From positions 1 through 64,000 of the forward strand of contig CAXXWX010000003.1 of NCBI GenBank assembly GCA_963675745.2: DNA of 64,000 nucleotides, read 5' to 3'. Positions 37,225 through 45,000 of this stretch are shown here, one piece after another. This DNA is from Phycisphaerae bacterium. Its GTDB lineage: Bacteria > Planctomycetota > Phycisphaerae > UBA1845 > Fen-1342. The position numbers and the translations under genes were made by a program. Positions within the stretch are counted from its first letter, which is position 1, and every line of letters begins with the position of its first letter. The notes below the pieces were generated by a model, which saw nothing but the letters and a program-made list of their open reading frames with translations, did not search any database and had not been told where the DNA came from.

Positions 37225-37717
37225 CAGTGCGCAGTTTTCAGTTTTCAGTTTTCAGTTCTCAGAGTTCAGCCTTCAGCTTCAGCTCTCAGCGTTCAGTGTC
37301 CGGTGTTCAGTGTTCCGTGTTCCGTGTTCGGTGTTCAATGTTCAGATGTCAGATTGCAGATTTCAGATTGCAGACTTCAGATTGCAGACTTCAGATTGCA
37401 GACTTCAGATTGCAGACTTCAGATTGCAGATTTCGGAGCTCAGATTTCAGAGCTCAGTTCTCAGTGTTCAGCTTTCAGTTTTCTGGAGCGGCAACAGAAA
37501 CAGACCACCGGAGGCTGGCCGCCCGGTTGGGAGGTTACGGATGGCGACTGTTTTGTCTCCCTGAAATCTCAAATCTGAAATCTCAAATCTGTAATCTCAG
37601 ATCTTTAATCTCAAATCTGACATCTGAGATCTCTCATCTGACATCTGAGATCTCTCATCTGACATCTGAAATCTCACATCTGAAAACTGAACACTGAAAT
37701 CTGAACACCGAAATCTG
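37225..37717. repeat. Inverted degenerate heptamer array: ~37 x CAGNNNN, 77-bp spacer, ~22 x CT(G/C)NNNN
   Basis: Left arm 37225-37483 (CAGTTTT, CAGTGTT, CAGATTG/CAGACTT); right arm 37561-37717 (CTGAAAT, CTCAAAT, CTGACAT, CTGAACA). Confidence 0.95.
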
Positions 37718-37749
37718 GCGCCGGCCATTGCCGTCGCCCGTTCGGCAAC

Positions 37750-38520
37750 TCAGGCCGGCATGCGCCCCAGGCCGCGCAGGTAACCGACGGACTCGGCTAT
37801 GCGGTCACAAACAAGACGCTCGGTGGGTGTCTCACCTTCGATGCCCTCAATCTCGAGCGTATATGGTCCGTTGAAACCGGTGGCATCCATGATCCGAAAG
37901 ATCTCGGCGAAGTCGACGACACCCCGGCCCAGGGCTGGGAAGTTCCACGCGCGATAGCCGCCGGTCGTGTCCTTCAGGTGGATAGCGCGAACGAATGGTG
38001 CGATCTTGCGCAGTTCGGCGGGCGCGCTGGTGTTCTGGTTGTAGAAATACACGTTGGCGGTGTCGAAATTCACGCGCACGTTGTTGTGGGCGACTGCCTG
38101 CATGGTCTCGCCGGCCACGTCGGCGTTGGTGATCAGATCGGGGTGCGTCTCAAGCACGATGGTCACCCCCTGTTTGGCGGCCAACCCGCCGGCGGCGCGC
38201 AACCGGGCATACGCCGTCGCGCGCGGCGTGTCTCCCGCCTTGCAGGAGACGAACAGCAACGTCGTGCCAAACGCCGCCAGTACCGGCAGTTGGGCGGCCA
38301 CCTGTTCGGCGCAATCCTCGCGCGAGACATCGCACTCACCGTGCAGTGTCGAGGCCGTCAGGTTGTGCCGTTCGAGATCCGCGATGGTGTCGGCGACGCG
38401 GTCGGCGGCCGGCAGCGGAATCTCTACGTGCCTGATGCCCAATGATGCAAGATGAGCGCAGGCGAGCGACTCAAACGGTCCATAGCTCGCGGTGCGGCAG
38501 GCGATAATCGGCTGTGGCAT
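37750..38520 (-). CDS. Sugar phosphate isomerase/epimerase (xylose isomerase-like TIM barrel)
   Basis: LETHP, NFDTAN, IHLKD, LGRGVVDF, TLEIE. Confidence 0.9.
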   Translation of the reverse strand: MPQPIIACRTASYGPFESLACAHLASLGIRHVEIPLPAADRVADTIADLERHNLTASTLHGECDVSREDCAEQVAAQLPVLAAFGTTLLFVSCKAGDTPRATAYARLRAAGGLAAKQGVTIVLETHPDLITNADVAGETMQAVAHNNVRVNFDTANVYFYNQNTSAPAELRKIAPFVRAIHLKDTTGGYRAWNFPALGRGVVDFAEIFRIMDATGFNGPYTLEIEGIEGETPTERLVCDRIAESVGYLRGLGRMPA

Positions 38521-38713
38521 GCGTTGCTCCTGTGTGCGACACGGTTGTGTGTGGCATTGTAGCGGAACGGCAGCCAAGCAGGGGGCGGCTCGCCGCGCGG
38601 TTTTCCTTTTGCCTCGGCGCCTTGCCTCACAGCGCTGATCTGGTTATTTCTGCTGATCGCTTCGCTACAATACGCGCCCGATTACGGCGCTGTCACAACT
38701 CGCGAGGAGAGCC

Positions 38714-40774
38714 ATGCAACCCATCGCCATGACGCTTCTGTTGGTCGTTTCGCTGGCTGTTTTTGCATATACCGCGCAACGCCGTTGGCGCCTGATGATG
38801 GTGGCCCGGGCGCCGGACAATCGTGCCGACCGCATTGGCGAGCGGATCAGTGGCGTGTTGGTGTACATGTTCGGCCAGGCACGCATGATGCGTTACACAT
38901 GGGCGGGTCTCGCACACATCGTCGTGTTCTACGGCTTCCTGGTACTGCTATTGAATTCGCTGATCCTGTGGGGGCGTGGGTTTGATCCGCACTTCGACTT
39001 CTGGATCTTCGGGTTGGACAATCCGCTCGGACGAATCTACGCCTGCTCGCGCGACCTGGCAACGATGGCCGTGATTCTGGGCGTGCTCATCTTCTACTAC
39101 AACCGCCTCGTATTGCGCCTGAAACGCCTGACACTGAACCTGGAAGGCGTGCTGATCCTGACGATCATTTTCGTCATGATGCTGGCCGACTTCGTGTACG
39201 AAGGCGGCGAGATGGTGCTTGCCGCGCGGCAGGCCGGCGAAGAAGGGGCCCACACGCACGCTTACATGCCGTTCGGCTCGCTTGCGGCGATCATCATGAC
39301 ACCGCTGTCCGACGGCGTGTTGAAGTTCTGGTGGCACGCCGGCTTCTGGACGCACTCCGCGCTGGTGCTGTTCTTTCTGAACCTGCTGCCGTTTGGCAAG
39401 CACTTCCACATCATCACCGTTCTGCCGAACGTATTCTGTCGCGACCTGACGCCGCGCGGGCGTTTGAAGCCGATCGAGGACATTGAGGGACGCCTGGAAC
39501 GTGAGGAGACGCTGGGCATCAAGACCGTGCGTGATCTCGGTTGGAAGGACGTGCTGGACCTGTACACCTGTACCGAATGTGGGCGCTGCACCGACCAGTG
39601 TCCGGCGGCCAGCACCGGCAAGCAACTCTCGCCCAAGCACCTCACCATCGACCTGCGCGACTTCATGTACGAGCACGAACGTCGCCTGATTGCACCGCAG
39701 GCCAAAGACGCCGATACCGACACCGGAGACGGTGACGATGACAAGGATATTCTGGTGCCGGCGACGCTCCCACCGGAGGTGCTCTGGGCTTGTACGACAT
39801 GCGGCGCATGCGAACTGGAGTGTCCGGTGTTTGTTTCGTACATCGACACGATCGTCGGTGTTCGCCGGAATCTCGCGATGGAGCAGGGGACGTTCCCCGA
39901 CGAACTTCAGCAGATGTTCAACGGGCTGGAACGCGCCGGGAATCCCTACAGCATACCCAACGATCAACGCGCCGAGTGGGCCGAAGGTCTCGATGTGCCG
40001 CTGATTTCGGAGAATCAGGACGTCGAGTACCTTTACTGGGTCGGTTGCGCCGCTTCCTTTGATGATCGCTCAAAGAAGATCGCACAGGCGACGGCTAAGC
40101 TCCTCAAAGCCGCGGGCGTCAGCTTCGCCATCCTCGGCCCCGAGGAGATGTGCAACGGCGATCCGGCCCGCCGCGCCGGCAACGAGTATCTGTTCGAGAT
40201 TCTGGCCAAGGGCAATGTGGAGATTCTGAACGGCTACAACGTCAAGCGGATCGTCACGACTTGCCCGCATTGCTACAACACGTTGAAGAACGAGTACGGC
40301 GACTTCGGCGGGAATTACGAGGTCGTGCATCACACAGAGCTGTTTGCCCGGCTGATTCGCGAAGGCCGGCTGACGCCGCGTAAGCCAGTCGCGACACAGC
40401 TCGCCTATCACGACGCCTGCTATCTGGGCCGGCACAACGACATCTATGACGAACCGCGCGACATTCTGCGTTCGATTCCAGGTCTGAGGCTGGTCGAACC
40501 GGAGCAGGCGCGCGATCGCGGCATGTGTTGCGGTGCGGGCGGTGCCCAGATGTGGAAAGAGGAAGAGAAGGGCGATGCGCGCATCAACCATACGCGCGCA
40601 AACCAGTTGCTGGCCGTTCTCCCCGAGGCCGGGCAGCCGCGCGCCATCGCCAGCTCCTGCCCGTTCTGCAAGACCATGCTAACTGACGGTCTGATCGACC
40701 AGAACCACGAAGACGTGGATCAGCTTGATATCGCCGAGCTGCTGTGGCAATCGATGGACGGCGAGGCCGGCTGA
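38714..40774 (+). CDS. Membrane Fe-S oxidoreductase (FadF / HdrD-like, CCG domains)
   Basis: N-terminal TM domain with KHFH; CTECGRCTDQCP; CTTCGACELECP; WVGC, TCPHC, YHDACY, CCGAGG, CPFC. Confidence 0.93.
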   Translation: MQPIAMTLLLVVSLAVFAYTAQRRWRLMMVARAPDNRADRIGERISGVLVYMFGQARMMRYTWAGLAHIVVFYGFLVLLLNSLILWGRGFDPHFDFWIFGLDNPLGRIYACSRDLATMAVILGVLIFYYNRLVLRLKRLTLNLEGVLILTIIFVMMLADFVYEGGEMVLAARQAGEEGAHTHAYMPFGSLAAIIMTPLSDGVLKFWWHAGFWTHSALVLFFLNLLPFGKHFHIITVLPNVFCRDLTPRGRLKPIEDIEGRLEREETLGIKTVRDLGWKDVLDLYTCTECGRCTDQCPAASTGKQLSPKHLTIDLRDFMYEHERRLIAPQAKDADTDTGDGDDDKDILVPATLPPEVLWACTTCGACELECPVFVSYIDTIVGVRRNLAMEQGTFPDELQQMFNGLERAGNPYSIPNDQRAEWAEGLDVPLISENQDVEYLYWVGCAASFDDRSKKIAQATAKLLKAAGVSFAILGPEEMCNGDPARRAGNEYLFEILAKGNVEILNGYNVKRIVTTCPHCYNTLKNEYGDFGGNYEVVHHTELFARLIREGRLTPRKPVATQLAYHDACYLGRHNDIYDEPRDILRSIPGLRLVEPEQARDRGMCCGAGGAQMWKEEEKGDARINHTRANQLLAVLPEAGQPRAIASSCPFCKTMLTDGLIDQNHEDVDQLDIAELLWQSMDGEAG

Positions 40775-40809
40775 CCGCACCCGGTACGAATCCCACGGGA
40801 CCCATACAT

Positions 40810-40893
40810 GTGGCGTCCGACCCCCGAGTCGGACGTGTTTAGCCAGCATGCATTCCCTAGGGGATGACGGCCGACAGGGGCGTCGGCCGCTAC
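40810..40893. repeat. REPIN: inverted pair of REP palindromes
   Basis: GTGG-CGTCCGAC-CCCCGA-GTCGGACG ... ACGGCCGAC-AGGGGC-GTCGGCCG-CTAC between convergent genes. Confidence 0.8.
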
Positions 40894-40911
40894 GTTGTGC
40901 GTCACACGGTT

Positions 40912-41661
40912 CTAGCGCTTGCCGGCGATTGCCGTGGCCAGTGGCTGCACAATATTCGGCACAACGGCATCGGCGGCCAGGCGCGCCCCGGTGTTCAGCA
41001 GGTCGGCGTGCAGCGTGTGCAAATCACGAGGCTGTTGGAATCCCCAGTACCGCCGCAGCGTCAGAAACACGCTCAACGCCGCCCCGTCATACTCATTACA
41101 GCGCAATTCGTAGGCTGACGTGCGGCTCTTGACATCGAGATATGCTTGCAGGTCACAATCGTCGGTCAGCGAGACCCCCACCATGGGCTGAAAGTCAATA
41201 ACGCGTCCGGTTTCGCCGGCCAACGCGTGCATGAAGGGGTGGCCGTCGAAAAGCGTGTCGGCGATCAGCTCGTCGTGATTGCCTTTGTATTCCAGGTCAA
41301 ACCCGAAGACCATCTCCATGTCGTCATAGTCGAGATCACTGAGGCTGAGATGACACGGGGCCAGATCGAGCACCATATCGGCCAGTGCCGAGATGCCCGC
41401 CGGCCCTTGCGCGCCGCACACGCCGATTTTCAGCATATCCGGGTCGAGTCGAATGAAACGTCTCTCGTAGCCCTCCCGCGGTTGTTCGTCGAGGATCACG
41501 CCACCATCATCGCGCCGGCGCAGCCGGGTCAACTCAGGATGCTGACGACGAATCTGCTCAAAGAAGTGCAGCAGCGTCTCCCGCGACGGCGACAAGTCCA
41601 GTTTGAAACGCAGCCGTGTGCTGACGAAGAATCCATCGCAAAGAGCAGCGAACGACCACAT
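40912..41661 (-). CDS. Conserved hypothetical protein
   Basis: GAGGAGG RBS before ATG 41661; intact ORF (RETLLHFFEQ, FGFDLEYKGNHD). Confidence 0.8.
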   Translation of the reverse strand: MWSFAALCDGFFVSTRLRFKLDLSPSRETLLHFFEQIRRQHPELTRLRRRDDGGVILDEQPREGYERRFIRLDPDMLKIGVCGAQGPAGISALADMVLDLAPCHLSLSDLDYDDMEMVFGFDLEYKGNHDELIADTLFDGHPFMHALAGETGRVIDFQPMVGVSLTDDCDLQAYLDVKSRTSAYELRCNEYDGAALSVFLTLRRYWGFQQPRDLHTLHADLLNTGARLAADAVVPNIVQPLATAIAGKR

Positions 41662-41808
41662 GTATTGGTAACCTCCTCGCCGGCCGGTTGCGGCAATACT
41701 CCCATGTCTGAATACTATGGGTAAAATCGGTGATAGCCAGTGGCAAATTCTGCAAACCTCATTTTCAGCCACGTACCCAGCCGACAGACCTAGGCGCAGG
41801 AGTCAGCC

Positions 41809-42987
41809 ATGAGCGTGACGATTCTGAAACAGGCCCAGGCTATTGCGGATGATCTCGTCGACTGGCGGCGACACCTGCACGCACATCCCGAACTCAGCGG
41901 CCAGGAGGAACAGACGGCCGGCTTCGTTGCCGAACAGCTTCGCGCCATGGGCTTTGCGCCGATCGAGCGCTTTGGCGATTCGTGGGGTGTCGTGGCCGAC
42001 CTGGCGGTCAACGATCAACCGCTGGTCGCGCTGCGTGCCGACATGGATGCACTGCCGGTTACCGAGGAAAATAACGTCCCATATGCCTCGCGCACGCCCG
42101 GTGTCATGCACGCGTGCGGCCACGATGCCCACACCGCCATGCTCCTCGGCGCCGCGCGGCTCTTGCGCGAGCGGCAAGCCGAGTTGAAACGCTCGGTCCG
42201 CTTTATCTTTCAGCCACACGAGGAGTATTTCCCCGGCGGGGCGGCACCGATGATCGCCGCCGGTGTGCTCGACGGCGTGGAACGCGTCTTTGGCCTGCAC
42301 GTCTGGTCGCAGCTCGCGTCCGGAACACTGGGTGTCTGTGATGGGCCGTTCATGGCCAGCCCCTCCGACATGAGCATCACGGTCACCGGCGCCGGTGGAC
42401 ATGCCGCTCTGCCGCACGAGTGCGTGGACCCGATTGTCGCCGCCGCCGGCATTGTGGTCGAGCTGCAATCAGTGATCAGCCGTTCGGTATGCCCCAACGA
42501 TGTCGCGGTCGTTTCGGTAACGCAGTTTCACGCGGGCAGCAGCTTCAATGTCATCCCGTCCGAGGCGCAGATCGGCGGCACCATCCGGACGTTTGATCGC
42601 GCCGTACGTGACCGCATTTGTGAGCGCGTCGAGACCATCGCGCGCCAGGTTGCCGCGGCCCACGGTGCGCAAGCGGAGGTGAAGATCGAACATGGTTACC
42701 CGACGCTGGTGAATGACACGGCGGTTATGCGGCAGGCAATCCAGTCCGCCAAACACGTGGGGTTCAAACCGGACCAGATAGAGACCATGTCACCAATCGG
42801 TGGTGGCGAGGATTTCGCGTACTACTGTCAGAAGGTGCCGGGGGCTTTCGTGTTTCTCGGCAGCGGCAACCCGGATAAAGGAACCGATCACCCGCATCAT
42901 CACCAGTGCTTTGACATCGACGAGCGCGTTTTGCCATGGGGCAGCGCGCTGCTCGCTCAATTCTGTCTGGACTGCGCCGGCGCCTAG
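41809..42987 (+). CDS. M20D family amidohydrolase
   Basis: RRHLHAHPELS, LRADMDALP, MHACGHDAH, FQPHEE, GGEDF. Confidence 0.95.
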   Translation: MSVTILKQAQAIADDLVDWRRHLHAHPELSGQEEQTAGFVAEQLRAMGFAPIERFGDSWGVVADLAVNDQPLVALRADMDALPVTEENNVPYASRTPGVMHACGHDAHTAMLLGAARLLRERQAELKRSVRFIFQPHEEYFPGGAAPMIAAGVLDGVERVFGLHVWSQLASGTLGVCDGPFMASPSDMSITVTGAGGHAALPHECVDPIVAAAGIVVELQSVISRSVCPNDVAVVSVTQFHAGSSFNVIPSEAQIGGTIRTFDRAVRDRICERVETIARQVAAAHGAQAEVKIEHGYPTLVNDTAVMRQAIQSAKHVGFKPDQIETMSPIGGGEDFAYYCQKVPGAFVFLGSGNPDKGTDHPHHHQCFDIDERVLPWGSALLAQFCLDCAGA

Positions 42988-43120
42988 TGCGGTTTCAGTA
43001 ATGATGCGGTGGCATACACTGTCGGGGTGGGTCGGGCGTCTCGCCCGACTTCGACGTACATAGGCGGGCGGGACGCCCGCCCCACCCGCGTATGGGTAAC
43101 GGACTGTTGTTGAAACCGCG
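42988..43120. mobile_element. MITE-like element (copy 2) carrying a REPIN
   Basis: Same as 31576-31715 apart from a 7-bp indel (AAAGCAG) and a few substitutions; preceded by CTAG and followed by CGAG. Confidence 0.75.
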
Positions 43121-43133
43121 CGAGTGCATCACG

Positions 43134-44471
43134 TCACGGGTTCCTGAAGAACTCTGGCGGCGGCTTGTCGTCCTTTTCCTTCTCACGCGATCGCTCGCGC
43201 TCCTCGGCGGTGTCCTCGTCAGAATCTTCCTCGGCTTCGGCCTCCAACTCTTCCTCTGACGGCTCCGTTTGCGGCGGCTTGATGTAATTGGCGACGACAC
43301 GCTTCAGGTCGTCAGGGGCGCGCGACTGTTCCGCCAGCCAAACGGTCAGATACTCGTCATCGACATCCTCCGCGTCAGCTTCCATGAGCATGACATCGAT
43401 GATCGGCAGAAGCATGCCATTGTCGGTGGCATACGTGCAGAGCTCGTCAAACGCCTTTCTCAGCTCGGCAGCCATTTCCTCGCGCTGCTCGGAGGACATG
43501 CTTGCGCGCGCAGAGCGTCCGCCGCCTCTGCCCGGTTTCTCACTGGGGGCAAAGGTCTTCCACAAGCGGCGATATGTTGATGTCAGCGCCGTTGCGTCCT
43601 TGTCGCCAGGTTCGATGACTTGCAGAATGCGATGTGCCGTGCGCAGCATATTGCCGATGCGTCGATCGGCGTTTTGCACGGCGCGGCGGAACTTCCGTTG
43701 CTCGCCGGTAAGTTTCGTGAGTGCCGCCGCGTTGGCATTGTTGGCGTAGCGAACCTTGCCGGTTGACTCGATCTCCAACTCATCAAATGCCTTGGCATTA
43801 CCGGCTTGATCGTTACCACGCATGCCCCGGCTGCCAGATGAGCTGCGGCCGCTTCGCGACCCCCGGCTGCTTCGGCTGCCACGGCTGCTCCGGCTACTCG
43901 TGCGCGAACGATCCTCGCGTTGCTCTTCCAGGCTGCGCTCCCGCCGTCCGCCACCCGAGTTCGACCAGACCGGCGTTGGTACCACCTCGAGGAACGCTCC
44001 CTGCCAGATTGCAGTCGCGCGCGCCGGGTCGGGGTCGTCATTATCCTCGATGCGGTTGAGATCGTCTTCCGTGGCGTCGATCGCGCCGCGCACAATCCGC
44101 TGGGCCAGCTCCAACTGCACGTCCTGATCACCCTCATGCCACTTGAGCATCATGGCGAGCGTCTGGCGATGGTAGTCGGTGGCCACACGCTGCGCGACGA
44201 GTGTGCCGAGCTTCAAGCGCTGCGGTTTGTATGCGATGCGCTCGGCCGGATCTGGATCCGACTCCTCCAGTTCGCCGGCCAGCTCGGCAATCTCGGTATC
44301 GAGCTTGGCGATGGCGGCCTCTGCATCGGCGATCTCCTTCTTGAGCAACTCCGCCGGCTCGGGCTCGTCCGCGGCGGCCCCGCCCGAATCCGGTGGCGCG
44401 GCATAAGCACCGCCAACACCGATTAGCAGGCAGAATGCGAGGATGAATGAACAATCGAATAGTCTGCGCAT
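43134..44471 (-). CDS. Secreted hypothetical helical protein with an S/R/G low-complexity segment and acidic tail
   Basis: GAGGAG RBS, signal peptide, intact 445-aa ORF. Confidence 0.75.
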   Translation of the reverse strand: MRRLFDCSFILAFCLLIGVGGAYAAPPDSGGAAADEPEPAELLKKEIADAEAAIAKLDTEIAELAGELEESDPDPAERIAYKPQRLKLGTLVAQRVATDYHRQTLAMMLKWHEGDQDVQLELAQRIVRGAIDATEDDLNRIEDNDDPDPARATAIWQGAFLEVVPTPVWSNSGGGRRERSLEEQREDRSRTSSRSSRGSRSSRGSRSGRSSSGSRGMRGNDQAGNAKAFDELEIESTGKVRYANNANAAALTKLTGEQRKFRRAVQNADRRIGNMLRTAHRILQVIEPGDKDATALTSTYRRLWKTFAPSEKPGRGGGRSARASMSSEQREEMAAELRKAFDELCTYATDNGMLLPIIDVMLMEADAEDVDDEYLTVWLAEQSRAPDDLKRVVANYIKPPQTEPSEEELEAEAEEDSDEDTAEERERSREKEKDDKPPPEFFRNP

Positions 44472-44829
44472 AGCAATCTCCTCGACGGCGTGTAATCAAC
44501 CAACGCCACGGCGCGCCATCATCGCCGATAGTGCCCCCGCGCGACAAGTCATCGGCCTCGCGAACCGGCAATTCGCGTTGCCGGCGTGAGTCCTCGCGGT
44601 TGCGGGGCGCATTAGCCGCGCACCTGCCGGCGCGCCTCGGTGTAGTCGGCATACACTGCGCACAAAGGGGAATACGGCAAGGTTGTTAGGTTACTATTCG
44701 GGTGTCAATAGCGTGCGTCTCAGGGTAAACCCGGTGCTTGCACAGCATGTGGGGGTCGGGGGGCGGGCACAGCGCAAGCTATTGTGTAGCATGGCTTTAC
44801 GGAAATGCCAGATTTATCGCATTGTGGGT

Positions 44830-44858
44830 TTGACCGCCACCACATATTGTGTTATTCT
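44830..44858 (+). promoter_or_regulatory. sigma70 promoter of nrdJ with an NrdR box in the spacer
   Basis: TTGACC-17 bp-TATTCT; CCACCACATATTGTGT (44837-44852) matches 13/16 of the NrdR consensus acaCwAtATaTwGtgt. Confidence 0.75.
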
Positions 44859-45000
44859 AATGATTGCCGCCCAAGTGATGGGGTAGGGGCACGCACCCCA
44901 ATCAGCGACGGCCGGGTTGATTAATGTAGTCGTGGTAACACGTCTGCGCGGGAATTCTGCGCGCTGTTGGCACGTCATCGTACGGAAAGGAGTTCGAACG

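Noticed and set aside
37135..37697. Three overlapping ORFs with FSVFSFQ / QIADFRL / SEISHL repeats
   Set aside because: They are translations of the heptamer array, open in all three frames, with no RBS or domain.
37225..37717. CRISPR array
   Set aside because: Contiguous 7-mers with no unique spacers and no cas genes.
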